From Bigelowiella natans CCMP2755 (Eukaryota > Protista > Cercozoa): a stretch of 64,000 nucleotides of DNA. This document shows, in pieces, positions 1 to 13,773 of this stretch (positions are counted from its first letter, which is position 1; every line of letters begins with the position of its first letter). Where the stretch lies: NCBI GenBank assembly GCA_000320545.1, contig ADNK01003179.1, positions 62,001 to 126,000 on the forward strand, given 5' to 3'. The notes under the pieces were generated by a model. The model was not told the origin of the DNA. It worked only from the letters and a program-made list of their open reading frames with translations, and did no database searches. The translations under genes and the position numbers were made by a program.

Positions 1-59
1 GTATATTCCAAGCGCAATCCTTTTGCTTTTGAACCACAATAACCGTTTGTTTTCACTCA

Positions 60-730
60 GCCATCATCGCATAGCTCTGTGTCTAGCGCTAGCCATCGTG
101 TCGCGCGTGCGCAGCATATGTCGTCGTTTAGTTTTCATTAGGCAGATGTATATCAACGTGTCATGTGGCAAAAAACGCAGTCACTGTCACAGCTAGACAG
201 TCTTTCTAGCTTTGTGTGTGCGGCTGGAGTGCATCTCGTCATTTACATTATGTATTTGATTCTGTTACCAATGATGGCAGTTACTAGTAGGTTATACGTC
301 TAAATGCGCCTGCACGAATGAGGTGCACAACACGTTGCACTGTGCAAGCTATGTGTGTAATAATGTGATTGATGTGGCGCTGGTGAACAGCAGCAGATGC
401 AAGACATGATGCAATGGTCTATGGGTGCAACACACATCGCATACACAACACACGGACAAATGCTAAACTCATCTGCCGTTTTATCGTTGGGGTTGTAGCA
501 CAGCGCAAGCTGGACGGAATCACAAGATGCGCCGCCTGCATTGCTACCTACGCTACTAACGAGCAATCATTGTGCACTGCTGGTCTTGCTTGTAGTGTGT
601 GCGGTGTGCAACGCACATCATTAGCAACACTATGAAGTTGATGATGACTAGATGACACAATGTACACATTTAATGTAAGGCAGCAACAAGCGCAATAATG
701 AGTACCGCGATCGTGTATACTTTGCTTATT
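60..730. other. RY/palindrome-rich intergenic block D1 (downstream of EFG1)
   Basis: Dense CTAG/AGCT/TGCA/CATG/GCGC and CA/TG alternation, few GG/CC/GAA runs; no credible CDS. Edges approximate. Confidence 0.6.
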
Positions 731-959
731 TGTTGTGCCTAGTCCCTGGCTGTGTTACCTGCTATCTTCATTCATTCTTGAAGATCTCTGCATCGCAGGA
801 CCAAGCGGTACCAGCGTCCGCATTTGAATAATAGATCACATGTAAGACATCATTTTCATACCTCATCTAAGTGCTATCAAGATATGCTGTAATATCGTTC
901 TCATGAACAACGTTGCAAAACCCATGCTACGTACAGTGGCGCTGTCAGGCTATACATCA

Positions 960-3049
960 TTAATCTTCTCTCCTTTGCATTTTTTTCTTCTTTTTCTTCC
1001 GTTTCCTCTTCTTTATTGTCTTTTCCAGTGCATCATCGGTGGTTAATACGTCATTATCCCCCATTGGAACGTCCGCTTTCTTCCGTTTGTTTGATTTCTT
1101 TTTGACATTTTTTCTCTCTTTGGCTGTCATCAGGACCTCCTCGTTTGTTGATGCCTTTGCTTGCTGCTTACGATTGTGATTTCCTTTCACATTTTTGTTC
1201 TTGTCAATCCTGCTACCGCTGCTGCTGCTATCACCGAGGACTGCTTCTTCTCCATCGTTATCATCACCACTATAATCATTCTCATCATCTCTAAATTTTG
1301 TTTCCGCAGTATTCCGCTGCTTGTTTTTGCTGTTAGCTGAATCTGAGCCGTTGGTTCAACAGGAGCACAGCATTTTATGGTATAAATATCCGTGGAGTAG
1401 TAGTATCAAATTATGTGCACGTACATGTCCGTAAGTGATAACATTCGTGCGTGTGTGTGTGTGTGTGTGTGTGTGCGTGTGTGTGCGTGCGTGTGCAGCG
1501 CGTGTGCGAATGTGTGTGCAGTATATATTTTCATGTTTCTATTGCATCAAAAACCTGCCTCGTCCACCTCCTCCTCCTCCTCCTCCTCCTGATCTGAAAC
1601 GAAGAAAGAGTCTCCTTGCGCATCTTCTTCGTCATCGCTATTGCTAGTTTTTCCCGGCCTCTGATTTGTTGCTATAGCGACACCAGTCAACTTTTTGCTT
1701 ACATTATTCCTACTGCTTTCTCGTCGTTCGCTTCCTCCAGAGTCAGCAGTTCCCCCATGTATCATCGTGCGCATCTTATATCTAGATAAAACGACAAATC
1801 AAACAGTAGATAAAACGACAAATCAAACAGTAATGTGCAGTATGATGTATATAGATCTTCGTTGAAGTGTGTGCGTGTGTGTCGTGCGTGCATCGTGCGT
1901 GCATCGTGCGTGCATCGTGCGTATATTTCATCTACATCCGCTTAGCATGCTCCTCGCTGACGCCTCCATTTGGATACAGCGACACGTACTTGTAGCCCTT
2001 AGGATATTTCTGAGGTTTGTTTTACACATCCATATATAAGATAAGATAAGATACAACGTGTGTGTGTGCGTGTGTGTGTTGAAAGAGAAAGAAGAGAGTG
2101 AAAGAAAGAGAAAGAGAGCTTTAGAGTTTATGAGTGTATTCGTTCCGCCCTTGAGGTATGATGCTTCTATCACATGCAATCTTTCAGTGAATGGTTGTAA
2201 GTACAATGATGTATTCAAGATCCCTTTCCAAGACTCCTATCTCCGCCCTTATAAATGCAATAACAAAAATAATACAAGATTTTCGATAAGTGGGTGAGCA
2301 GGTGCAGAATATAGGACCCATAAATTCTAAAGGGGGATAAACATATGTAAACCTCAACTTTCCTTCCTCAATCGTCATTTCTCCGTCTGTTATCATCAGA
2401 AGAATAATCATCTTTCACTGAAATGACCGTCAACACCACCATTCGCACCCCTGTCGAAATAAAAATATATTTGTGTGGAGGATACAATCTGTGTGTTCGA
2501 AACCTGTTGTGTATATTTTAGACAGCTTGTTCCGAGCGCGATTCAAGGCCTTCGTGACTTTCTTTTTTTCTGATAATTTGGAGGGCTCGTTCACATAGAG
2601 AATGCTAAATGTTGGCAATAGCAACCGGCTTCTTGCCCTATCCTCCCTTATCACCCTATTTTTATTTATTCTCCACTCTTTTCCACTAACCTATAAATTT
2701 GAGATAGCGGTATTTCTTGGCATATTTTTTTTCTTTCTCCACCTGAGCACGCTTCTTTTTCGAACTCTCTGCCTGATAATGTATGGTTAGTTCCATCAGA
2801 GTTGTTCTTTAAACTGTCCTGTACGTAAATTTATTTTAAAATGTTTAATGTGTAAGCATCGAACCTCCGCCTTCAAGCGCTCAAGTTCAGGTCTCTTTTT
2901 TTTTTTCAACTCCTCCGGCATCCGCTGTTTGTTTGATCACAATAACCAATGATGATAATAAACTGCTATGTCTCTAAATCAAATAAAAAATATTATACCG
3001 GATTCCGGATCAGCCTTTCGAGGTCCCTAATTTTCTTGGCGAGGCTCAT
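960..3049 (-). CDS. EFG1: rRNA-processing protein Efg1 (multi-exon)
   Basis: Spliced exons read MSLAKKIRDLERLIRNP / PELERLKAEV / EKKYAKKYRYLKFI-EKKKVTKALNRARNKL / ERDLEYII-KYPKGYKYVSLYPNG, matching Efg1 hallmark motifs (KKIRDLERL, KY..(V/L)(R/K)F.E..K, DL.Y...(F/Y)P...KY(I/V)SL), followed by an acidic then Lys-rich tail; GT-AG introns. Confidence 0.8.
1783..1830. repeat. 24-bp direct tandem duplication at an EFG1 intron 3' end
   Basis: TAGATAAAACGACAAATCAAACAG x2, immediately next to the acceptor AG of the minus-strand intron. Confidence 0.9.
1883..1923. repeat. 11-bp tandem repeat (CGTGCGTGCAT)n in an EFG1 intron
   Basis: About 3.5 copies visible directly. Confidence 0.85.
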
Positions 3050-3403
3050 GTTAAGCTTCTCCAAGATGCAGGGTGCAAATCGCAAATAGCAGTTAAATGG
3101 GGGAACCCATCAGGCCGGAACCCATGTCAAAATTATGTCCGAATTCATCCGATTTTGTATAGGCGACAAAGTTTTCTTGCTTTTCTGGAAAAAACAATTT
3201 TTTGGATTCCGAGTTATTTGCGTCATAACGCCGAAATTCTCCGAAGCTGGAAACTCTGCCTTTTTGACTCTCATCCGCCTACATCGCGCACATGCTCATA
3301 CAAGAGCAAACGCCAACTCACAATTGACATTTTCTCTGTCTGTGTGAGCCTAATAAGAGTAGATCCTACCCATGCAATCAGCATCATCGTTGTGTGTGTG
3401 AAC

Positions 3404-4877
3404 ATGGCGAACAAACCTACCCAAAAAAAGCTGTACGGGGTCCCAGCAGAACTCATGCGAAGGGGTGGTAAATCTACGGGTGTATCCAAGTTGTCAAAAT
3501 CCCGGACAAAAACGGCATTAGCAATGCAAAGTGCGGAAATGCAGGAAGTTTCGTGGATGCGAATGCCGAAAGGGTTTGAAACATTCCAGAATGTTCTTCG
3601 CACTTCCGAGAAGTTCGGGTGCAACCGAGAAAAAAGATCATACCCCTTGTAAACAAAATGCCCTGGTATGAAGGACTGATGGAGGAGATTTTCTTTTGTA
3701 ATTCTTCAGACACAATGTTTCTCATTGCATGAGCTCGATGAGGATCAATATATATATATATATTAGGTATTTTATCAATTTCTTTATTTTTTTCCCTTTC
3801 AAAAGGATAAATAATTGAAAATGATGAAGCGAATCTTGTATGAATTTGTTTCGCATCGGTGTTGCAAACCTCACACAAGCTCGAAACCAACCATTGAGGG
3901 TGAGTCAGGATTTAGTCCGATCATTTGGATTAGGCTTGTCATAATCGACTCATTTCACAGATACGACATACATATTAAGGAGAAAATCAGCATAAAGTGC
4001 CAAACTACACTGTGTTTTCCTTTTTTTCGGATGTATTCTGGAACTGAACAATTATTTTCCAGACAATTATGTCTCAGATTATGGAGAAATTCTTAACAAA
4101 AATCAGGACATATTTACTCATATTGAAACAATATAATAAGTTTTCCAAAAATTTTAACGGCATTTCAAATGAGCGATGAGCAGTTGTTGTGATGATAATT
4201 ACATGCGATGAATTCAACGATCCCGCAAGAAAGAAGAAGCATATAAATAGAAAGCACGAGCTGGCAGCACGCATTCGCACGCACAATCGAGCATCTTTCG
4301 TCGATCGCCTCTGCATATTAGGGCCATGGACAGAGTAATGTCAGTGCAAGACCTCGTTGTAGGTTCGCCATACTCCCGCGATGTCAGCCCACTCCGAAAG
4401 CGCCTCTTCAAAGCGACAGTGAACAATGATCTAATGATGAGCTCCTCGGCAGAGCACCGAACGCGCATCGGATGCAGATCAAGATTCAGATCTTCCGCCC
4501 CATGTGGAGACTCAGCTATCAATCGATTTATAAGCCTAACATGTTCCGCTGCATCGAATCGCACCAGCACAGTGAAAGATATGAATTACTGCAGGCTGAA
4601 GTACAAACTCTTCAGAAGTCTAAATGTAGTGAAGGATGAGATTCATCACCGAAGATCAAATCCAATCCCTATTCCAACTGAGCTAAAGTCTTCATTCGCT
4701 GGTGGTGATACAGCGAAAAGCTGTGGAGACAAGTTCACCCCTATTGAAAGGAGCGAAGATTCAATCAACGACTTTCAGCCAGTGACCAAAAAAACAATTC
4801 TGCACGAATCGAGAGATGAGTGTTCCGTTAGTCTAAAAGGAGAGGCGGAAGACACTCAATTTGCATTGGAGATATGA
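3404..4877 (+). CDS. Hypothetical protein (orphan; possibly two small genes)
   Basis: ATG at 3404 (MANKPTQKKLYGVPAELMRRGG...) and a 183-aa Ser/Arg-rich ORF 4326-4877 with a candidate upstream in-frame acceptor near 4250; no recognisable domain; exon linkage uncertain. Confidence 0.35.
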
Positions 4878-5109
4878 TTAGCTACCCTCAATTTACCGTG
4901 AAAATAAAGGATTTGTCCACCTCATAGGAAAAACATCATGGAGAGGCGGACAGAGGGAAAAAGATTGTAATTATTCGACATATAGAAACAACGGGATTAT
5001 TCTCAGTAGAAAATTGAATTAGCCATCTGGCATCGCACACATTGCTTGAAAAATGTAATCAAGCTAGTCAAAAATGTCAGAAAATGAACTACCAACAAAA
5101 ATTGGATTG

Positions 5110-5770
5110 ATGCACACTAGTTGTGTTTGTGGGTACAGTGGGGTACATGCACACGCGTACAATGCAAAGCTGCTTGATCTACACCTAGACATACACACTG
5201 CATACACACATGTGGCACATACGACACATCATGGCACGTACGCAACCTCTTCTGCAAGCTGGTCCTGCTAGCCTGTCTAGCTTTGCGTGCTGTTGTGCGC
5301 TCTTTATTTAGCTAGCTAGTTAGCTCTGACAGCTCTATGTACGTACACGTACGTACGCTGCTACTGCGATGTGAGATGAATCTAGCGGATGTAAGTAATC
5401 CATCCTAACAATGCATCCATTGTACGTAGTCTTAGTAGCTAGCTGTGGAAACAACGCTATATCGCTAGAACGGCAGCTTGATTGACCGCCCATGCATCGC
5501 AGCGCTTTGTTTGTTGCCTCTGTGTCACATCTAGACATTGCCTGTAGTCGCCTAGCTAGCTAGCTAGCTAGATCGTCTTTCGAATCTGCTGCTACACTGT
5601 AGTGCACGCGACAGCCGCCCGGCAGAAATGCATACCATGCTAGCATGTAGCGATGTGTGAGGTGGGCCTTGTGACAAGATGAATAATTGAATTACATGTG
5701 TGGTGATGATGCGACCACTAACACTAGAACAAATCATCAAACATTTGTTAGCTATGCAAGCGCATCTTCC
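5110..5770. other. RY/palindrome-rich block D2 at convergent junction (orphan+ / G-beta-)
   Basis: (CTAG)5 at 5552-5571, GTACGTACACGTACGTACG at ~5339, many TGCA/CATG. Confidence 0.7.
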
Positions 5771-6063
5771 AGGCTAGCAGGGAAGCTGGGTATTTCGCCG
5801 GCAAAATCATAGCACTCTATCTCCCATCGTACACATTCATAACTGACAATAACGCACACAAGATTCACATGGTTATCAGCAATGTGACGAATCACATCAG
5901 TATCCTTAGTTAATTTTAACTTCAGAAAAAATAATGCAAGGTTTAATGACTTGTTGATTTGTCGTACGACCATGCAACAAACTTGATGCTTATGTAATAC
6001 AAGAGAGGTTCAACAATCGTTCCCTCACGACAACTATAATTTAAATGTTCAGGGTAATTACAA

Positions 6064-7205
6064 TTAAGCCCAAATGCGGAGGTTGGTGTCCCAGCTTCCG
6101 GTACACAGAGCTTTTCCATCTCCTGATACACCGAGGCATGATACACGGTTCTCGTGCATATCCAGAGTCTGAGAAAATTCCAGCAGAATTTTCAGTGTTT
6201 TTCAAAGGGGAAATGTATAAGAAATCATCTACTCTACGCATTGAAGATTTTGCTACGCACCTCTGCCTTCTGACCATTTCCAACATTCCAAACTTGGACG
6301 TGATAATCATCATATCCGGCAAACAGTAGCTTGCCTGTTAATGAGAAATCGACCGATGTTACGCAGCAGAAATCCTTATTGTCGTCGAGGTATTCCTGTA
6401 ATTGCTTGCAGCTTCGAAGGTCAAGCAGACGTGCTCTGGAGTTATCCGAACCAGTCCCGAATGCTTGCCCATCAGGGAAGAAAGCTACCGAATTGATGTC
6501 GCTCTCGTGGCATCCTTCGAAATCCATCACACAAGTTTTCTTCCCTCTATAATCCCAAACCTTCGCTGTCTGGTCACAGGATCCAGTGACAAAGAGATTT
6601 TCATATACGGAGACGCTCATGACGTCTTGCTGTAAAAAAAGAAAGTCAAATGTCAGAATCGTCCAGCATAAGCATTTTAGAGGAAGGGAACTCACAGTAT
6701 GATCTCTGAAAGTCGTCACGGGTCTTTTTGACTCGATATCCCAAAGAATACAACTTCCATCCCCTGAAAATTCGACTTCTCTTCAACCAAAGTATAAAAT
6801 TAATCGAAACAAATTCGTGTACCAGAAGTGGTGACAATCTCGTTGTCAGAGATAAATCTGCAGCAAGATAAATAACCGTCGTGCTCTCTCAACTCTGGCG
6901 GTTTTGCAGCTCTGTCCAAAGGTTCCTTTGACTCATCGACACTGTAGACGGAGCAAATATTGTCAAGTCCCCCACAAGCTACGAACTTGGAAGTTGGCGA
7001 GAATGCGCAAGTCATGACCCAGGAACTCCGAAGCTGTATTTTATTTAAATAGACAAGTCATTAGAATGTCCCTACACTCTCTGTTACAAGCGATTCGTGC
7101 CAATATTACTATGATAGCCTGGAGCTTGTGAGTTGTAAATGCATTCCATATAATGAGCTTTCCGTCCTGTAATTGATGGGATAAAACTTCTTAGCACATC
7201 TACGG

Positions 7206-7280
<75 letters not shown>

Positions 7281-7745
7281 TATATATATTAATGGAGTAA
7301 TCTACCTGTGAAGCGCTAACAAGTCCATTTCCTTGATTTGCCCAATGCATTGCATAAATCTTGCCAAAATGTCCTTCGTAGAGAAGATTGTGAGGGCAAA
7401 AATATTATTCGATTTGAATCGATACTGAAAAGACACAAGTTTAAAAAGCGACACCTTTGAGCATCTTTTGATATTTGATTCCTGGTGCTAGGTTGTTGAA
7501 ACGATCCTTCGATTCCATCGCAAGCCAGTTCTTTTGGCCGCTACAAAATCAGTAGAATTTCAGCAAATTTATTTTGTTCGCTGCACTTTTGGGTTATGAT
7601 GTGCTGCGTTGTATTTATGAAAGTAGGGCCTAAAAATATATTCTCATGCATTTACTACAACTTGTATGATGCTACTTTACCCCTGTTTCCTTAATTCCAT
7701 CAGTTCCTCCTCTAGCTTAGCTATTTGTTTTTTTAGATCCGCCAT
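6064..7745 (-). CDS. GNB: Heterotrimeric G-protein beta subunit (WD40), 7 exons
   Basis: N-terminal coiled coil [15 protein letters not shown]; [110 protein letters not shown]; all introns GT-AG. Confidence 0.97.
7207..7277. repeat. (TA)n microsatellite in a G-beta intron (representative of many intronic (TA)n, (GT)n, (CAT)n, (TAC)n, (CAG)n, (GA)n tracts)
   Basis: Perfect dinucleotide run of ~70 bp. Confidence 0.95.
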
Positions 7746-8791
7746 GTTGTCTTTTTCGTGATGAAGAGACGGGAAATACTTTATCTAGACGTCCGTACAC
7801 CCACTTCACTGCCTTTCGTAACATGAAATTGTCGTAAGTACTAGGCTATTGTGACGAATCACCGACACTGTAAACAACATGACAATAAAAAAATGACTAT
7901 GTAGTTTAAAATCGGCGCATCTAATGGATTCCATTCTTTTTTTTCTTTGTAGAACATATCAGCAACAAATACATTACGATCACCAAGGACTGTTTTATCC
8001 TTGATATGACCTTTATCGATGAATGCTACAGGGGAGGAGGCGGGATGTTGGGATTTGTTGCCTGAATAATTTTATAAGATTTATTTATGCCCAATGGTAG
8101 AACATAGATATTCAAATGCCTCTGGTTATAGTCGTGAGACTAATAATTTTAGCAAACTTTTGATTCAAATATTCCTTTATTTGTCTAAATCAAGGAATTT
8201 TATATCTGGATATTCAATGTCCTCATACAACGGGGGTCCACTGTTTACTTTTTAATTTAATTACTTACGACATCACTTCCATCATGACGGATGGGATAAA
8301 AGGGTCACACACATGCTACCTGTCTCAACCAGAAAAATAACTAAATTGAAACTTCCAATCTAATTTCAGACGATAGAAATTACTTAATTTTTTTTTACGA
8401 CAACAAATATTACATGACGTTATCTATATTATACATTATTTTAGTGTTTCCGACAAACAAAACACCGGCTTCATCTAAAATCATCACAAGATAGAAGTTT
8501 AAGCAACAAATTTAACTATTGCGGTGCTTATATTTTCAGTGTTTTCATGATTTATTCGTAAATTATTGAGAAGAGAGCTATTCGTTTGGCAAATTAGAAA
8601 TAATTCGAAGGAAATAATTTGAAATAGACCATGAGGACTGAAATTATTAAGATGATCAGCTTATAAATCGCATGTTGGCAGGAATTTTCCAGAGAGGTGT
8701 CTGGGATCCAGAGACGTTGTGGAGTTTATTATTAGAGATTCGATCACGAACAGTTACGACGACACCGGATAGCCGAAGCAGCCGTTCCAAC

Positions 8792-10548
8792 ATGACCAAC
8801 GTCCTCGAGGGTCTTTTGACATCGGTCGGCCAAACGGGGATTATCTTTGCTCTTGGCTTCCTATGTCGGCGTTACAAGATTTTCTTACCCAGACACATGG
8901 AGGGACTAAACAAATTTATCGCAACGATTTCTATTCCTGCATTATTTTTCTTGGGACTGGCCACCTTAAACGCCTCCTCGCTCGACTTCTCCTTGTTCGC
9001 GGCGCTTACCATCTCGAAGACATTGGTATACATTGGAACTTGCATAGTTACATATTCGTTAAGCGCCGATGCGGGTGCTGACCGCTTTGGACTGATCGGA
9101 ATATTCGGGATATTCACTACGCAATCGAATGATATTGCACTTGGTCTTCCAATTGTTGCAGCGTCCTTTGGCGAGGAATATGGAACCTATATCTTCTTGC
9201 TTGCACCCGTACAGCTGTTATTCTTAAATTTGATGTCCCTTATCCTAATGGAGATCACTACTCAAAAGAAGATCGCGCTCGGATCAAGTCAGGGAGCAGA
9301 AATAAATAACAGTTCAATCGCGTGTACCGTGTTCACCAAGCTTCTAAAATCACCCATTGTCATGTCTTGCATCCTTGGCCTCTTCATAAACGTCACAGCC
9401 GGGCCGGAAAACATTCCCTTCTTTTTCAAGGGACTACTTCAGATCCTCTCAAAGACGTATGCAGGTTGTGCATTATTTTCCCTTGGGCTTTCAATCGACC
9501 CTAACGTGAAAGGGGGCAATCCATTGGGGATCGCAGTCTTGGTGTCCACCAAGGTAATTCTTATGCCCATGATCATGGCAATTCTAGCGCGACTCATGAC
9601 CAACAATGAGACTGCTACCCAGTTTGCCTTCATTTATGGGATGTTACCTACCGCTCCAACGGCATACATTTTAGCAGTTGCATATGGGATACAGGAGGCA
9701 CTTCTCTCCACCGCATGTCTCGTGGTTCTCATTTCCTCGCTACCCATGCTTCTGATTGCCGCTGCCGCCCTCAACGCGACGAGTGAATCAGACATGCACA
9801 AGAACAACGAGGTATCAATAGGCATTGCTTACTGGGTCTCATCCCTTTCATTATGTGGCAGCTTTTTCTTCTTGGTTATGATGTTTCTTGCTCGCTCTCA
9901 ACGCCCAATCGTTGGCCCCTGGCGCATTGTCGGCGTCATAGGAGTTATCACTTCCGCTCTCATGGGCGTGCATCTGGCATGTCTAGACTATAGCGGTAAA
10001 GAAATATCCCGTAGCCAAGCAGTCGGTCTGCACCTCTGGGAGACCGGGTTCCAGCTCCTAGTGGGCGCTTATGGGCTTGTACTGTGTGCTACGCTCTACG
10101 CAAGGCTCGTGTACGATGAGGAAACGGTTTTGAAGACGGAAAAGTCCGTTGAAGATTAAGTTCACCCGTGCATGTATGCATGCATTGGTTCCAGCATTTC
10201 TAGTGTATTTTGTGTACATTTGTATTTAATGCGTGCTTCCGGAAATTTATTTGTGACGTCATGTGAAATATTGCTCTCATTGTTTCTGCTGTAAACATTC
10301 CTCTCCCCTCTCAGGTATGGACACATTGCGTCCTGGCTGGGAGTCTTGTTTATATCCCTCATCTTCTGCATCCCTGGGGTGGTGCCGACTTACGAGGATG
10401 TAGATGAAAACGATGCCGATTACACCCAATCGATACTTCACTGCACGACACGGTATTGACTGCCGATGTTCACAAAATTATGCCACCACTGATTCTGCTA
10501 CTGTTTCCTGCTGCTAATACTCAATAGTAATGGTGTTGCTGGTGCTGG

Positions 10549-10583
<35 letters not shown>

Positions 10584-11699
10584 GTGGTGATGCTGCTGGA
10601 AAATTTCAACAAATTGTTACCCCTTGTCTTCCCTTGCCCCCCTTGCTCTCCGATATGACATTTTTTGCTCTCCTCCTCAACTAGGGATCCAGCAGCATTC
10701 CAGGTGATAAAATTCTTATTTCAATTGGCTATCAGCGGGGCAAGTATTTACCTTATTATCAAGTATCAGTACGCTATTTCAGCAGAGCAGGAAAGTGGCC
10801 ATGAGCCTATTCCTGATCAGAAACTAAAGAACGGTGTTCAAAGCAGCACCACCGGCTTTAGAAAGGACGAGAAAGCAGTGAGTCTTTTGTCAGCAGATCA
10901 GCTGAAAGAAGACAGCAGCGAGGTTGTTGCGGTGCAGGCAGAGCCGCATTCAGAGGTCGACGACAAGTTTGAGGATTCCATGATGGAACCCAAGTCCTCC
11001 TCAGCGATAGTAGAGATGAAGGTCCTTGATAGAACAGAAGATGCGGATTACAACTTTGAACCAAAAGCGTCGTCAAACTCGACGCGGTACACACTGATAG
11101 TCTTCTTCCTCGCGTTTGGAGTTGTTCTAGAAACAATTATTTCTATCTCCGAGATGGCCCACGCCTCCTCTGATGCACCAGCTTACTCGCAGGTATGTAC
11201 CAGAGCATGTGGGTGAGGGGAAAATTCTGTTTAATTATGTATCGTTACTCTGTTGTTCCACCTTTCAATGTTTCCGAGCGGTGGGGGGGATTAAGGCCGA
11301 TGGATGCATGCAAATGAGATGTCAGCGCAAATTTTGCTGACGTATAATTTTTTTGGGTCGTACTTGTTGCAGGTGGTATTCGTCTTGTACCTTTGTTTCC
11401 GCATGAGTGTGGGCATATTCATATTTGGATTATGGGCGGGAGAGAAACACATGTTTGCGAGTTTGAAGAAATTCTACGTGAATCTCATTGCCCGGTACCC
11501 ATGGATTGAGCGCACGAGACTTTACCTGCTCTCCCAATTTACCAACCTGGATGTGATGCCTGGGGTGATCCAAAACGTAGCCAACCCAGTTGGAATCAAT
11601 TACTCAAACAACCCATTTGCTGCGGCTCCTGTTACTGAGATCAGGGAAATGCCGAACAGGGTCGGGGCTGTAATGAACAAGCTTGGGGTGTATGCTTAA
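8792..11699 (+). CDS. GPR155: GPR155/LYCHOS-like protein: PIN/auxin-efflux-carrier-like transporter domain fused to a GPCR-like 7TM domain, 4 exons
   Basis: GLNKFIATISIPALFF, GIFGIFTTQSNDIALGLPIV, YIFLLAPVQLLFLN, LLKSPIVMSCILG, AFIYGMLPTAP closely parallel GPR155 motifs as I recall them (FATQSNDFALGYPIV, YIYLVAPISLMMLN); further TM helices in exons 2-4 (TRYTLIVFFL, VGIFIFGLW). Confidence 0.85.
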
Positions 11700-11869
11700 G
11701 TGCATGATTGGACGCGAAATAGAGTCGTGCTATGCTAATAGAAACGAAATCACGGTTTGCAACGTCTAGTAATTAGCATATGAAAGAGCAGGCCATGGGC
11801 GTTGTCAATTCACAGGTTGTACGTCAAATTTTAAGTCTTACATGTCACGCCTTGGTAATACTAGAACAA

Positions 11870-12700
11870 TGAACGCATGTACGCATGTACGCATTGCTGG
11901 CGCACAGTTCTAGAGCTGCTCAGGCATCATGCATGTCGCGTAGTGGAACACCATTTAGTCACTCACCACGTGTCTGGGTGTGCACAGCAGCTACACAGCA
12001 GGTCGTTCATCGATGCGGCTGCGGCACAGTGGGCTGCATGCAATTGGTCAATGCACGCAATGCAACTGCTGTTGGCTTCCAACCAACGCGCACTGCTAGC
12101 GCGCGCGCACGGCACATCTAGACATGCTGCTTTTGCAATCGATACAACAGGAGGCTCATGCATGTAGTGGGTGCGTATGCACTTGTTTGAGTGTGTTCTC
12201 TGTTCCACCGGCCCTGCTGCGGTACGCACGTTGGCACATGGGCTGTCTAGCTGTCATGCGCATGATCAACTATACACAACAACCCATATTTGCACATGTC
12301 GTTGATGTGAATGAAAACGAAGGATTGATTTGAACACAAAGACAACACTTGAGACAATGTTACAGTTGCATCTTAGCCAGAGGATACTTGTAATAGACAT
12401 GTAATACCACACATGTTACATGCATGCCATTGCTGTGTCCACAATGCCAACAGACAGATAATAGACTAGCCACTTACTAACAAACAGTTACTAGCTAGCT
12501 AGCTTGCCTTGCGCGCATGCTTTCCCACCATGCATTTGTCGTAAACGATGCTCCTGCTAGCGGAGCTTGCATTTGCTGCTACCAATCCTGTAGACCATTG
12601 TTACGGCTGCCAACTACTTGCGGCTACAGATGACACAGCAAATTGTGAGATTATCATCCTCTTACCTACGTGTGCGTTCGACAGCTTACGCTGAATCTTT
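11870..12700. other. RY/palindrome-rich block D3 at convergent junction (GPR155+ / SIAE-)
   Basis: GCATGTACGCATGTACGC, CTAGCGCGCGCGCAC, CTAGCTAGCTAGCT at 12491-12504. Confidence 0.7.
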
Positions 12701-12857
12701 GGAATATGTACGACAATTTTTCATTTATTAAAAGCAAACTCAGATGATACACACAAACTAGTTTTGAAGTAATTTAGCATGATATTCTTCCAATCACGCT
12801 CACGCTAATGTGCACTATGCTTCAAGCGATCGCTTATGTGACGGAAGAACGATCAAA

Positions 12858-13336
12858 TTATTCGTTGCAACTTTGCGGAGCCCTGCACCGACAGCGTCCT
12901 CTCCCTTCCGCTCCTCCTCCTTCTCCTCCTCTCATATTCTCTGCATCTGCTTCAATAACCGCGAAGAAAGGATTTGCAGGCAGTTGTGATCGGTCCGTGT
13001 ATAGAGCGCAACTACCAGGCATGCACACTGCACGCCCCGCCTGAATGATGATAAAAACCAATCGCTATTATAATGGTAATGCCTTGTTGGTTGCCCCACA
13101 CACTTACAACTCACTTTTGAAGAAACATTGTATTAATAAAGAGTATGGTTGAATTAATGTCAGGCCTCATTATTATACCTGCACTAGCGCTGAGGGGCAG
13201 CACGTGTCGCCGACGATGTATCTGATAGATGTGTAGTTAAGAAGAAACAGTAATGTCAGTGGTATTTATTGTTATCAATGTTGGCGGAGAACAAGGTACT
13301 CCTCTCCTCCTCCTCCTCCTACTGCTACTACTAACG

Positions 13337-13379
<43 letters not shown>

Positions 13380-13742
13380 ATATGTATATCATCTTACGGT
13401 GTATCGAAGAGAGGCCATGCGAGACGGACTGCCCTCACAAGCATGCTGTTATTCAGTGACTCTATTCCACTGAGATTCACTACAGCTTTCCCCCCCCCAA
13501 TCAGACGGAGTGGTGCAGGCATCCACTGCTCACGGAATGGGTTGGGGGAAGGAACCCAGCGAAGAAGACGAGGATTGTTGTTTACCTGATAATAATAGTA
13601 ATTATAGTGATAAGAGGAGGTCTAACGATGATTACTGATTGATCATCACACGAGGACAATGAAACACATGCAGCAGCTAGATGTGAGCGAGTGTACAGCA
13701 TGTTTCAGACGACGAAGACGACTACTACTACTACTACTACTT

Positions 13743-13773
<31 letters not shown>

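Noticed and set aside
8672-8791. Longer N-terminus for GPR155 from the ATG at 8672
   Set aside because: Family similarity begins at the Met at 8792; the extension cannot be excluded but is unsupported.
11877-12333. Clusters of Cys/His/Ala/Met-rich short ORFs on both strands in the RY blocks (also 300-635, 5074-5538, 20377-20769, 55830-56492)
   Set aside because: Their composition follows directly from TGC/CAT/GCA/ATG-rich alternation; they overlap in several frames and show no domain or splice structure.
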